From NCBI GenBank assembly GCA_041640635.1, contig JBEPZX010000001.1:32001-96000 (forward strand): DNA of 64,000 nt, given 5' to 3'. Of the stretch, positions 20,086 to 29,521 are shown in pieces; positions within the stretch are counted from its first letter, which is position 1; each line of letters opens with the position of its first letter. The DNA comes from Aquificaceae bacterium (GTDB taxonomy: Bacteria; Aquificota; Aquificia; Aquificales; Aquificaceae). The position numbers were made by a program, and so were the translations under genes. The notes beneath the pieces were generated by a model, which had not been told where the DNA came from, searched no databases, and worked only from the letters and a program-made list of their open reading frames with translations.

Positions 20086-20318
20086 ACCACCACCTTTTTA
20101 GCATTTACTATAAGCTCTGCTATTTCTTCGTAACTTCTGAGCTTTTCTTTGGGTATGTCCACACCTCGTGCGATTGCATCCTCTTTGCACGCATACCAGT
20201 CCTTTCTTGTGGGAACTCTCAAAACACCATCCTGTATAAGTATAACTATGTCACCATCCTCTACAAGATCCGATGAGAAATCACCGAGTTTTCTAACAAG
20301 CCATAGTGTCCTTACCAT
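20079..20318 (-). CDS. DsrH/TusB-family sulfur-relay subunit
   Basis: LIQDGV, EDAIARG and C-terminal VVVW typical of DsrH/TusB. Confidence 0.8.
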   Translation of the reverse strand: MVRTLWLVRKLGDFSSDLVEDGDIVILIQDGVLRVPTRKDWYACKEDAIARGVDIPKEKLRSYEEIAELIVNAKKVVVW

Positions 20319-20653
20319 ACGAAAACAGCCTCCACCTCTTTTAGTAAGTTTTTTATATCCTCCATGCTCATTAGATCGGGTTCTATCACAAAGTTTTCCT
20401 TCTTTATTCCCCTTTCCTCAGCGGAAGCATCCTCTACAATCACCTTCATATTTACGTATTCCATATTCTGTAAAAGCCTATCAAAGCCCTCAATACCCAA
20501 ACTCTCCGGTTTCCATCTCGTCAAAGCGTAAACGCCGTCCTTTATGAGGATAAAGTATACCTGTGCGGATATGGCTACCGCCATAGCTACCCTTATAGCT
20601 TCGTAGGCTTTCCAAGAAAAAGGATCTCCTTTGAGTATGAACGCTACTTTCAT
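20312..20653 (-). CDS. DsrF/TusC-like sulfur-relay subunit (no catalytic Cys)
   Basis: DGVYAL and SAEERGI motifs; lies between DsrE-like and DsrH-like genes. Confidence 0.75.
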   Translation of the reverse strand: MKVAFILKGDPFSWKAYEAIRVAMAVAISAQVYFILIKDGVYALTRWKPESLGIEGFDRLLQNMEYVNMKVIVEDASAEERGIKKENFVIEPDLMSMEDIKNLLKEVEAVFVW

Positions 20654-20655
20654 TT

Positions 20656-20955
20656 CTAGTTAAAGATTATAACTTTTTCAAATTCTGAAAGCATTCTAGA
20701 TAAGTTGTATGTAGAACTGCTTTCAAATATATCGGGTGGGTTGTTTACACCTCGTTGATGCGCCGAGTGAGCACAGTACATTATCTTTGCGTAATCTTTT
20801 AGCTGTGTAGCTTCTGGTCTTATCATGTAATAAACACCGTTACCTACCAAAAATATGGTCACACTACCCTTTTTTGAGAGGAATTTAGCTAAGTTGTAAA
20901 CGCTTCCGTAGTCCTTAGAAAAAGGATTGGAGCTTATCACAAACAAAAACTTCAT
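20656..20955 (-). CDS. DsrE/TusD-like sulfurtransferase subunit
   Basis: FLVGNGVY and CAHSAHQRG, which carries the conserved sulfur-carrying Cys. Confidence 0.8.
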   Translation of the reverse strand: MKFLFVISSNPFSKDYGSVYNLAKFLSKKGSVTIFLVGNGVYYMIRPEATQLKDYAKIMYCAHSAHQRGVNNPPDIFESSSTYNLSRMLSEFEKVIIFN

Positions 20956-21197
20956 TTGGTTTTCCTAACGATTATTTCCCATTCTTTTTCGCCTATCTGG
21001 TTAACAGCCAATACGTCTTGCCCTTCCTCTCTCATGCTTTTAGGAACGTTTTCGGCGGACGGTTGGTAATCCACTATGACTCTGAGTACCTGTCCCTTTT
21101 CCATCTGTTCCAGCACCAGTTTGCTTTTGACAAAGGTGAATGGGCAAACATCGCCTCTTATATCCAGTTCTTTGTCATACTTTAGCTCGTCCATCAT
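20952..21197 (-). CDS. tusA: Sulfur carrier protein TusA
   Basis: LDIRGDVCPF motif; 81 aa. Confidence 0.9.
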   Translation of the reverse strand: MMDELKYDKELDIRGDVCPFTFVKSKLVLEQMEKGQVLRVIVDYQPSAENVPKSMREEGQDVLAVNQIGEKEWEIIVRKTK

Positions 21198-21279
21198 ATA
21201 GTAATTATATTTTATTTAAACACATTTCAAAGTCCACCCTAAAACCCATTCTCTCACTCCACCGACCTCACCTATATGC

Positions 21280-23310
21280 TCACTTCTTAATCTTTCCTTG
21301 AAGAACAGAAGCAACATAGTCGGGATTGAAAAATTCCTTGTAATAGTTGTCTATGGGATAAACCTTGTTGCCTATTCTAACATTTAGATATTTAGTTCCC
21401 TTTGGCGATGCGTTAAAGTAGCCTTCCGGTGTTATGACAACCCACTCGCCGTCTTCGAAACTCACAAATTGGGCAATTTCTTTACCGGTAGAGACATCCC
21501 AAAGGCGAACGGTGCCATCTTTGCTACTAGATACAATCAGTTTACCATCAGAGGAAAAGGTTACTGACATAACATCGTTATCATGTCCTATAAATGTCCT
21601 TATTTCTTTACCAGTAGCAACATCCCAAAGTCTAACGGTGTTGTCTTCACCTCCCGATGCAATCATCTTACCATCAGGAGAAAAAGCTACGGATGTGACC
21701 CGACTGCTATGCCCTATAAATGTCCTAATTTCCCTACCAGTAGTTACATCCCAGAGTTTAATAGTCTTGTCATGACTTCCAGACACTATCATCTTACCAT
21801 CCGGTGAAAAAGCTAAAGATGAGACCCAGTCATTATGCCCTATAAATGTCCTAATTTCTCTACCAGTAGCAATATCCCAAAGCTTAAGAGTTCTGTCAAT
21901 ACTTCCGGATGCAATCCACTTATCATCAGGTGAAAAGGCTACGGATTTAACCTTGTTATTATGTCGCACAAATGTTCTAATTTCTCCACCAGTAGCAATA
22001 TCCCAAAGTTTAAGGGTATTGTCATCACTTCCTGACACAATCCATTTACCATCCGGTGAAAAGACTACAGATCTGACCCAGTCATCATGCCCCCTAAATG
22101 TCTTAATTTCTCTACCAGTAGCAACATCCCAAAGTTTAAGGGTTTTATCCCAACTTCCCGATACAATCCACTTACCATCTAGTGAAAAAGCTAAAGATGA
22201 GACCACCTCACTATGTCCTTCAAATCTCCCTATCTCCTTACCAATAGCAACATCCCAGAGGATGATTTTGTTATCATTTCCAGACACAATCCACTTACCA
22301 TCTGGTGAAAAGGTTACGGATGTGACCCAAAAGCCGAGTCTCCTAAATGTCTTAATCTCCTTACCAGTAGCAACATCCCAAAGCTTAATTTCGCGCCCAC
22401 TGTCAGACGCAATCATCTTACCATCTGGTGAAAAAGCAACGGATGTGACACCATGAGTATGTCCTTTAAACGTCCTAATTTCTCTGCCAGTAGCAACATT
22501 CCAGAGTTTAATTCCGTCTTTATTTCCAGACGCAATCCACTTACCATCTGGTGAAAAGGCTACGGAGAGAACCACGTCGCTATGTCCCCGGAATGTCCTA
22601 ATTTCTCTGCCAGTAGCAACATCCCAAAGTTTAATAGTTCCGTCCCAACTACCAGATACGATCCATTTACCATTAGGCGAAAAGGCTACGACTTCTACCC
22701 ATCCACTATGCCCTATAAATGTCCTAATTTCCCTACCAGTGGCAACATCCCAAAGTTTAATAGTTTTGTCATAACTTCCTGATACAATCCACTTACCATC
22801 TGGTGAAAAAGTGACGGATTCAACGGAAAGGTTATTTCCCTCAAATGTCCTAATTTCTCTACCATTATCAACATCCCAGAGTTTAATAGATCCGTCCGAG
22901 CTTCCCGATACAATCCACTTACCATTTGGCGAAAAGGCTACGGATTTGATCCAGTCATTATCCCTAAATGTCCTTATTTCTCTACCAGTAGCAACATCCC
23001 AAAGTCTAATAGTTTCGTCCCAACTACCAGATGCTATCATCTTACCATCAGGTGAGAAAACCACGGATGTAACCCATTTATTATGTCCTCTAAATGTAGC
23101 TATTTCTATACCCGTAAAGACATCCCAAAGTTTAATAGTTCCGTTAGCATCTCCAGATACCACTCTTTTACCATCCGGTGAAAAAGCTACGGATGTAACA
23201 AGATCACTATGCCCCAATTGCACATAAACCTCAGGCTTCTCTTTTGCAAAAGAGAGATACGGCGCTATAAACAGCAAAAGGGTGCTTAAGAGTTTAATTA
23301 TCAAAGACAT
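21280..23310 (-). CDS. Secreted WD40-repeat protein (14 repeats, probable double beta-propeller)
   Basis: Signal peptide, 14 canonical GH...FSPDG...SGS.D.T..LWD repeats, then EWVVITPEGYFNAS tail. Confidence 0.93.
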   Translation of the reverse strand: MSLIIKLLSTLLLFIAPYLSFAKEKPEVYVQLGHSDLVTSVAFSPDGKRVVSGDANGTIKLWDVFTGIEIATFRGHNKWVTSVVFSPDGKMIASGSWDETIRLWDVATGREIRTFRDNDWIKSVAFSPNGKWIVSGSSDGSIKLWDVDNGREIRTFEGNNLSVESVTFSPDGKWIVSGSYDKTIKLWDVATGREIRTFIGHSGWVEVVAFSPNGKWIVSGSWDGTIKLWDVATGREIRTFRGHSDVVLSVAFSPDGKWIASGNKDGIKLWNVATGREIRTFKGHTHGVTSVAFSPDGKMIASDSGREIKLWDVATGKEIKTFRRLGFWVTSVTFSPDGKWIVSGNDNKIILWDVAIGKEIGRFEGHSEVVSSLAFSLDGKWIVSGSWDKTLKLWDVATGREIKTFRGHDDWVRSVVFSPDGKWIVSGSDDNTLKLWDIATGGEIRTFVRHNNKVKSVAFSPDDKWIASGSIDRTLKLWDIATGREIRTFIGHNDWVSSLAFSPDGKMIVSGSHDKTIKLWDVTTGREIRTFIGHSSRVTSVAFSPDGKMIASGGEDNTVRLWDVATGKEIRTFIGHDNDVMSVTFSSDGKLIVSSSKDGTVRLWDVSTGKEIAQFVSFEDGEWVVITPEGYFNASPKGTKYLNVRIGNKVYPIDNYYKEFFNPDYVASVLQGKIKK
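21463..23214 (-). repeat. Tandem array of 14 coding repeats of 123-126 bp (WD40 units)
   Basis: Recurrent near-identical nucleotide blocks on the + strand, e.g. CCAGTAGCAACATCCCAAAG and CTTACCATC.GGTGAAAA, at ~126-bp spacing. Confidence 0.92.
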
Positions 23311-23457
23311 AGCTTCATACCTCCCGTAGTATTATTTTAATTAGCTTTGCGTTTTGGTTTTTATTAATAAACTTAGCTTGGCGCTGATTTCCAACAAATT
23401 TTAAAACCCTTCCTTGTCCCCCCTTTCCTTAGCCACAACGCTTACTCCACTACAAAC

Positions 23458-24135
23458 CTACCAAATCAACGGTTTGCCAATACGTTCAAAACGTGGGTTG
23501 AAAAGTGCCAACACTAACTGCTTCACACCGGTAAATATACTTACATCTGTGCTTTGCAATGGTGGTATATCACCAGAGTAATACACTACAAAAGCCTTAC
23601 CAACTATGTTTTCCTTAGGTAAAAATCCCCAATACCTACTATCTTCACTGTTGTCTCTGTTATCACCTAATACAAAGTAATGACCTTCTGGCACTATTGT
23701 AGGTGGCATGTCCCTTCTTGGAAGGATTGGTTCTTCATATAAGGCTATTTTGTGTTTTACACCGTTTGGGAGTGTTTCTTCAAAAACTAGTTTTTTAAAG
23801 CCGTCTTCCACTTCTTCTCCAAGTAGTTTGGAAGGAAGTTCTTGTCCATTTATATACACCTTTCCATTTGTAACTTCTACTAAATCTCCAGGTAAAGCTA
23901 TAACTCTCTTTATGAAATCTATGCGAGGATCTACTGGCCATTTGAAAACTACTATGTCTCCCCTCTGAACACTAGAAAATCTGTAGACAAGCTTATTAAC
24001 TAGTATGAAATCTCCTACCAATAAAGTAGGCTTCATTGAACCCGAAGGAATATTGTAAGCTTGTACTAAAAAGGTTCTGATAAGTAACACAATTAGCACT
24101 ACTATGATAAGTTCTTTAATCCATTTACTTTTCAT
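23458..24135 (-). CDS. lepB: Signal peptidase I
   Basis: IPSGSMKPTL, FIKRV, GDNRDNSEDSRYWG. Confidence 0.96.
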   Translation of the reverse strand: MKSKWIKELIIVVLIVLLIRTFLVQAYNIPSGSMKPTLLVGDFILVNKLVYRFSSVQRGDIVVFKWPVDPRIDFIKRVIALPGDLVEVTNGKVYINGQELPSKLLGEEVEDGFKKLVFEETLPNGVKHKIALYEEPILPRRDMPPTIVPEGHYFVLGDNRDNSEDSRYWGFLPKENIVGKAFVVYYSGDIPPLQSTDVSIFTGVKQLVLALFNPRFERIGKPLIW

Positions 24136-24177
24136 CAGATAAAAGATTATAATTTAAACTTAAGGTGAGGGTTCAAA

Positions 24178-25311
24178 ATGTCTAGATGTATAAAAATGGC
24201 AGAATCACCTATGGAAGGTCATCCTGACAAACTCGCCGACCTTGTGGCTGATGCTTTGCTTGATGAGTTTATAAAGAAGGATCCCTACAGCAGAGTTTCT
24301 CTGGAGATTCTTGTGATCTCTGGACTCACATTTGTAGCGGGACATGTGTATACGGAAAGCTACGTGGACATACCTGGGACCGTGAGAAAAACCATAAAAG
24401 AAGTGGGATATAACAGACCCGATTACGGATTTGATGCTGACACTTCCGCTGTCATAACCACCATAGAAGAACAGGGAGCGGAGATAGTTTTAGGTATATC
24501 TTCCGAAGGAGCGGGAGATACAGCAACCGTTGTAGGGTATGCATGCAACGAAACACCAAACTATATGCCCCTTTCCATAAATACAGCCCATTCTGTATCA
24601 AAGAACTTATCAGATCTCAGAAAGTCTGGCAAAGCGCCTTTCCTGAGACCCGACGGTAAAGTCTTGATAACGACCGTTTATGAACAAGAAAAGCCCCTAT
24701 ACCTCAAGGACATAATTGTATACGTTCAGCACGATCCGGAGATCAGCTTGGACAAGCTGAGAGACTTTGTTATAGAAGAATCCGTGATGAAGGTAGTGGA
24801 TAAAAAATACATAACAAAGGACACACGCATACTCGTGAATCCTTCCGGTAGATTTGTCTCAGGTGGTCCAACGGTTGACGCAGGACAAACGGGAAGGAAG
24901 ATCGTTTCCGATGCTTATGGGGATGTGGCTTACTCCGGTGGTAGTGCCTTTTCCGGAAAGGACCCAACAAAAACGGATAGATCGGCTTCCTATTTGGCTC
25001 GATGCATTGCTAAACACGTGGTTGGTGCAGGACTGGCACAAAGGTGTATGGTAAAGATGGCTTACGCTTTCGGAATGAGCGAAGTTATCGCCTTTGATAT
25101 AGAAACCTATTCCACAGAAAGTGTGGAAGTGGAGAAAATTAAAAGAGCCTTGCTAGAAATCTTTCCAACAAATCCCAGAAAGTTGATAGACTTTTTGGAT
25201 CTGAGAAAGCCTATTTACAAATCTACCGCTTGCTATGGACACTTTGGCAAAGATTACTTACCCTGGGAAAAACTCACCAAACTCGAAGAGTTAAAGGAAC
25301 TCTGTAAGTAA
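24178..25311 (+). CDS. metK: S-adenosylmethionine synthetase (divergent motifs)
   Basis: EGHPDK, GAGD, RPDGK, NPSGRFV.GGP, TGRKI, FSGKDPTK.DRS, YGHFG. Confidence 0.92.
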   Translation: MSRCIKMAESPMEGHPDKLADLVADALLDEFIKKDPYSRVSLEILVISGLTFVAGHVYTESYVDIPGTVRKTIKEVGYNRPDYGFDADTSAVITTIEEQGAEIVLGISSEGAGDTATVVGYACNETPNYMPLSINTAHSVSKNLSDLRKSGKAPFLRPDGKVLITTVYEQEKPLYLKDIIVYVQHDPEISLDKLRDFVIEESVMKVVDKKYITKDTRILVNPSGRFVSGGPTVDAGQTGRKIVSDAYGDVAYSGGSAFSGKDPTKTDRSASYLARCIAKHVVGAGLAQRCMVKMAYAFGMSEVIAFDIETYSTESVEVEKIKRALLEIFPTNPRKLIDFLDLRKPIYKSTACYGHFGKDYLPWEKLTKLEELKELCK

Positions 25312-25313
25312 CC

Positions 25314-26576
25314 TTACCGCTTTATACTAACCTTTAAAAAGTGTGTGGCGCAGGATATACATGGGTCAAAGTTTCTTATCATGGACTCACAGGACTCTTT
25401 CACCGTTTCTTCATCCATGTTTAGGTTAGGTATCAAGTGAACAAGAGCTTTCTCCATAATATCCTGATTTTGTGACGTTGGTGGAACTATGTTGGCTTTT
25501 AGTATCTTGCCCTCTTCATCAAAGGTGTATGAATGGTAAAGCATTCCTCTGGGAGCTTCTGATATGCCATAACCTGTATACGCCTTTGGTTTTACCTCTA
25601 TCCTTGTAGGATCTGGTTTTTTATAGTTTTTAACTACCTTTAGGGCTCTTTCTAAGGAATCCACCATCTCCACCATACGCACCAGCAGGCTTTTGTAGGG
25701 ATTTAAGAGAGGGGGATGCAAGCCTATCCTGTTTGATAGTTCTAAAGCAATAGGTGATAGCTTTTCGTATGCGTTGTTGAATCTTGCCAAGGGACCAACT
25801 AAGTAGGTTTTTCCTTTGTATTGGCATCGCTTGGCTGTGGAGTACTCCACTTCGTACTCTTTAAAGTAGTCCTCAAATTCTTCCAGTTTTACGATGTCCT
25901 GACCTATCTGTATATCGCCTTTAAGGATAGGATAGTCTTTATCGGTGATGCTTGCAAACAAGACGTCTTTTAGCTCAAACTCCGGGAAAGGTAAATCCTT
26001 TAGTTTTTCCGCAACGTATACACAAAGATCTAAAGCTTTTTCAATTTCCGCCTTTAGGTGGGATACGTCCTCTGGAAGATGGGAAAATCCGCCTGCACAT
26101 ATGGAGACTGGGTGTGAGGTTCTCCCCCCTATGGTTTGGATAATTGAACTTCCCGCTTTCTTTATTTCTAACCCTACCTTCACATACTCTGCGTTTACCT
26201 TTGCCAAATCCATGATGGAGGAAACCTTGAAAAAATCAGGAAGGTGCAGGAAGAACACGTGCAGAGCATGAGAATGTATCCATTCCCCGTAGTATATTAG
26301 CCGTCTTATTGTTTCTATCTCTCCAGGAACGCTTAAGCCAAAGGCATTCTCTATGGCTTGGACTCCGCTTATCTGGTAAGCGATGGGACATATACCGCAT
26401 ATGCGGGCGGTTATTTCGGGAATAACCTCGTAACTTTTTCCTTTCAGTATACCTTCTATGAACCTGGGCGGTTCGTAAATAATGAGCTTTAGAGACTTAA
26501 CAGTTCCATTTTCCAAAAGTATGTCCAGAGCTCCTTCCCCTTCCACTCTAGTTAACGCATCCACCTTAATCCTCAT
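25314..26576 (-). CDS. Group 3b [NiFe]-hydrogenase large (alpha) subunit
   Basis: TRVEGEG, L1 motif RICGICPIAY, EAPRG, L2 motif DPCISCATH plus an 8-aa C-terminal extension. Start placed at ATG 26576 behind a GAGGTG RBS. Confidence 0.93.
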   Translation of the reverse strand: MRIKVDALTRVEGEGALDILLENGTVKSLKLIIYEPPRFIEGILKGKSYEVIPEITARICGICPIAYQISGVQAIENAFGLSVPGEIETIRRLIYYGEWIHSHALHVFFLHLPDFFKVSSIMDLAKVNAEYVKVGLEIKKAGSSIIQTIGGRTSHPVSICAGGFSHLPEDVSHLKAEIEKALDLCVYVAEKLKDLPFPEFELKDVLFASITDKDYPILKGDIQIGQDIVKLEEFEDYFKEYEVEYSTAKRCQYKGKTYLVGPLARFNNAYEKLSPIALELSNRIGLHPPLLNPYKSLLVRMVEMVDSLERALKVVKNYKKPDPTRIEVKPKAYTGYGISEAPRGMLYHSYTFDEEGKILKANIVPPTSQNQDIMEKALVHLIPNLNMDEETVKESCESMIRNFDPCISCATHFLKVSIKR

Positions 26577-27303
26577 AAAACACACCTCTGTATGTTGGAT
26601 TAAAAGCGTTAAAACTAACCTTTATAGCCTCGTCTATCTTTCCAAACTTTTCCTCAAAACCATCTATGTTAGGTTTGTCTATTGGTCCGTAGCATCCATA
26701 ACATCCTCGCCTGAAGGATGGGCATAGGGCTCCGCACCCTGCACGCGTTATTGGTCCAAGACACAGAGCGTTTTTAAGTACTACAACGCAAGGGTTACCT
26801 TTTCTTTTACACTCAAGACACACGGGATAGGAAATTTCCATAGGACTTTTACCCAAAAGTGTAGAGATTAAAAACTCCTTCAAAGCATCGCTGTTTATTG
26901 GACAGCCAAACAGGCTGAAGTCAACTTTAACATAGCGGGAAATAGGGTAAGCGTTCCTTAGAACATTCTCCATTTCCAAGTCTTTGTAGACTTCTTTAAA
27001 GACTTCTTCGTAGTTTTCAAAGTTCCTCGCCGACTGTATGCCACCGGAGACGGCGCAAGCACCTATGGCTACGAGCACTTTTGATCTCTCCCTTATGGAT
27101 TTTATCCTTTCTATCTCCTCCTGTGTCGATATGGATCCTTCCACAAAGGAGATGTCGAAACTGTCGTAGACGTTTTTGGAAGATGCCTCAAGAAAGTAAA
27201 GGATCTCGAGTTTCTCAGAAAGCCTCAGTATCTCTTCGCTAAGGTCAAAGAAAGCCAGCTGACAACCATCGCACGAGGAGAACTTAAAGACGCCTACTTT
27301 CAT
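26566..27303 (-). CDS. Group 3b [NiFe]-hydrogenase small (delta) subunit
   Basis: SSCDGC, VEGS, GACAVSGG, GCP, CLEC, CLGP..RAGCGALCP...GCYGC. Confidence 0.92.
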   Translation of the reverse strand: MKVGVFKFSSCDGCQLAFFDLSEEILRLSEKLEILYFLEASSKNVYDSFDISFVEGSISTQEEIERIKSIRERSKVLVAIGACAVSGGIQSARNFENYEEVFKEVYKDLEMENVLRNAYPISRYVKVDFSLFGCPINSDALKEFLISTLLGKSPMEISYPVCLECKRKGNPCVVVLKNALCLGPITRAGCGALCPSFRRGCYGCYGPIDKPNIDGFEEKFGKIDEAIKVSFNAFNPTYRGVFYED

Positions 27304-27612
27304 AGTTGTTACCTCAATGAAAATATATTCCGGTAAGTTGGCTTTGTCAGAATGTTCCTCAAATCCGTAGTTGATGCAGATAAATTTCTGCTAGGTCTTT
27401 CAGGGCGAAATTTCCCCCGCTTTTTGTGCCTTACATGCTTTAAATCCTCAATTACAATCATTCCACCTTTAGTCAAGACTAACTCCGATATTTCTCCTCT
27501 GAGAATTAACTGTCTCCTTTACCTGTCTGTTTGAAAACCTCAAGCTTTTCTGCAGTTTTGTAACTGGTCCCAAAATCCTTTGCATATGTTGATAATTTCA
27601 TAGGGATTTTAT
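27304..27612 (-). mobile_element. Collapsed, non-functional IS607-family remnant (tnpA N-terminus plus tnpB fragments)
   Basis: Manual minus-strand translation: 27601-27506 MKLSTYAKDFGTSYKTA... (resembles the IS607 TnpA N-terminal HTH); from 27461 MIVIEDLKHVRHKKRGKF (TnpB RuvC-II-like); from 27387 KFICINYGFEEHSD (TnpB Zn-finger/RuvC-III-like). Pieces are in different frames. Confidence 0.72.
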
Positions 27613-28416
27613 TTATACCTCCTTCCTCTCGAAGAACTCCTTTATGGTATCGTACCTAAATACGGGTCCATCCTTACAAACAAAGTAGGGACCTATCATA
27701 CAGTGTCCGCACGTGCCCACCGAGCACTTCATATGCCTTTCCAAGGATGCATAAATGTTTTCTTCCGTTACACCTTTCTCTCTCAGAACATCTTTACAGG
27801 CTTTTACCATAGGATCCGGTCCGCACATAAAGACGATGGTGTTTTCGGATAAAGACATGTCCCTTATTAGATCCGTAACAAAACCTACCTTTCCTTTCCA
27901 TTCTTTACTGGGGCTGTTAACGATAATCTCAAAGTGTGCTCTTTTTGCCCACTGCTCGTAAAGGTAAGTGTATAGCAAACTCTGGGTATCTTTGGATCCA
28001 TAAAGGTGTATAACCTTTTTAATTGGATGTGTGCCTTTTATAGCCTCTTCAAATATCCATCTGGTGGCTGCTAAACCAAGACCCCCTGATATTATGAGTA
28101 GATCCCTATTGTAAGCCTTTTCTATGTCCCACGTGTTCCCATAAGGTCCCCTGTAGTAGAGAAGGTCGCCTTCCTTCAAAGAGTCTAAATGTCTTGTCAC
28201 ATCCCCTACCGCTCTCACGGTATGCACCACGTAGCCAGAACCCTTGCTGGCTATAGTTATAGGAGACTCGCCAATTCCAAAGGCGTAGAGCATATTGTAC
28301 TGACCTGGAAAAGCCTGTTCCTGTGTGCGTATGTGAAAGGTGTATGTATTTTCAGACTCTTTAATTACCTTTTCTATGTAACCTTCTTTGAGCGTATAGG
28401 GATTAAGAACCTGCAA
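27613..28416 (-). CDS. Group 3b hydrogenase gamma subunit (FAD/NAD(P)-binding, 2Fe-2S)
   Basis: [31 protein letters not shown]...VCKDGPVF. Confidence 0.92.
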   Translation of the reverse strand: MQVLNPYTLKEGYIEKVIKESENTYTFHIRTQEQAFPGQYNMLYAFGIGESPITIASKGSGYVVHTVRAVGDVTRHLDSLKEGDLLYYRGPYGNTWDIEKAYNRDLLIISGGLGLAATRWIFEEAIKGTHPIKKVIHLYGSKDTQSLLYTYLYEQWAKRAHFEIIVNSPSKEWKGKVGFVTDLIRDMSLSENTIVFMCGPDPMVKACKDVLREKGVTEENIYASLERHMKCSVGTCGHCMIGPYFVCKDGPVFRYDTIKEFFERKEV

Positions 28417-29521
28417 CTCTACTTACCTCCTCCCTTATGTCTATACCTACTGGGCACCAAGTGATGCACCTACCGCAACCTACGCACCCAAAGGATCCAA
28501 ACTGGTCTATCCAGTAAGCGAACTTATGCATCAGCCACTGCCTGTATCTGGAAGCTACGCTTTCCCTTATGTTGAACCTGTGGACAGTTGCAAAGGATGG
28601 ACTAAAGCAAGAGTCCCAAACACGAACCCTTCTTGATGTTGTAAGATCCGTATCCGTAATCTCTACGATGTCAAAACAAAAACACGTGGGACAAACTTGT
28701 GTACAGCTCGTGCACGCAAGGCATCTTTTGCCCACATTTTCGTAGTGTTCAATATCCATCTTACTGTATAGAGCATCTCTTAACCCTTGAGTGTTTACAC
28801 CAAACTTCATAGATTCTCTTACTCTTTCTTCTATGGCTCTTTTCTCTTCCATGTGTTTTTCTGTTACCGCTCCCAAAGGTATCCCTTCCAGAACCTCCCA
28901 GGCTCTGCTTGATGCCACCTGCACTATAAAAACGTCCTCCAATTCCGTAAGCAGTATATCGAAACCCTCCTTACAGTGTGGACCAGTGTTCATATAGGAG
29001 CAAAAGCATGTCTTAGTTGCAAAAGCACAGTCTACAGCTACTATGAATAGGTTTTCTCTCTTGGTTTCGTAGTGTTTATCTCGATAGGGTGCGTTTAGGT
29101 AAACCTTGTCCATTATTTTCAAAGCCGATAAATCGCAAGATCTCACATCAAATAAAGCTACTTTGTCCGCCTGAGCGCTGTCCTCAAAGACTATCCTGTT
29201 GTTCTTTATTTTGATAGTCAAAAGGACCTCTTCAGAAGGTCTCAAGAGTTTTTTAAAGGAATCTACCGGGTGTGTATAGGTAAAGTAGCCTTCTTGCCTC
29301 TCTAAGCTGTAATATCCTGGGCTTTCGTGGTTCCTATAACCGAAGGAAAGCTCATGAATACTACTTACCCAATCGTAAGAAATAAAGCCATCCTTGAGTT
29401 TTGGAGCATAGACTTTGTAAAGTTTGGTAAGGTTTTTAAACAGATCCTCTATCGAGTTTTTCTCTAGGGTTCCTAACCAGTAGTTGCCCCCTCTTTCTTT
29501 GTCTTTTCCCTTGCTCTCCAC
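28403..29521 (-). CDS. Group 3b hydrogenase beta subunit (4Fe-4S dicluster); start uncertain
   Basis: [44 protein letters not shown]. The 5' end overlaps prfB. Confidence 0.9.
   Translation of the reverse strand: MESKGKDKERGGNYWLGTLEKNSIEDLFKNLTKLYKVYAPKLKDGFISYDWVSSIHELSFGYRNHESPGYYSLERQEGYFTYTHPVDSFKKLLRPSEEVLLTIKIKNNRIVFEDSAQADKVALFDVRSCDLSALKIMDKVYLNAPYRDKHYETKRENLFIVAVDCAFATKTCFCSYMNTGPHCKEGFDILLTELEDVFIVQVASSRAWEVLEGIPLGAVTEKHMEEKRAIEERVRESMKFGVNTQGLRDALYSKMDIEHYENVGKRCLACTSCTQVCPTCFCFDIVEITDTDLTTSRRVRVWDSCFSPSFATVHRFNIRESVASRYRQWLMHKFAYWIDQFGSFGCVGCGRCITWCPVGIDIREEVSRVAGS

Noticed and set aside
21463..23214. Regularly spaced DNA repeats that might suggest a CRISPR array or a diversity-generating retroelement
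   Set aside because: The period is 123-126 bp, in frame, and fully explained by WD40 units. No cas or reverse transcriptase gene is in the window.
21434..23227. Repetitive plus-strand ORFs (21434-21775, 21953-22456, 22811-23227)
   Set aside because: Antisense shadows of the WD40 gene.
21225..23457. Short similar words on both flanks of the WD40 gene (TAAAACCC and CT[C/T]ACTCCAC) as possible insertion-site repeats
   Set aside because: Matches are only 8-10 bp with different spacing; too weak to call att sites or target duplications.
27352..27534. 60-aa plus-strand ORF in the hydrogenase gap
   Set aside because: No recognisable motif; it is the antisense of the tnpB-like fragment.
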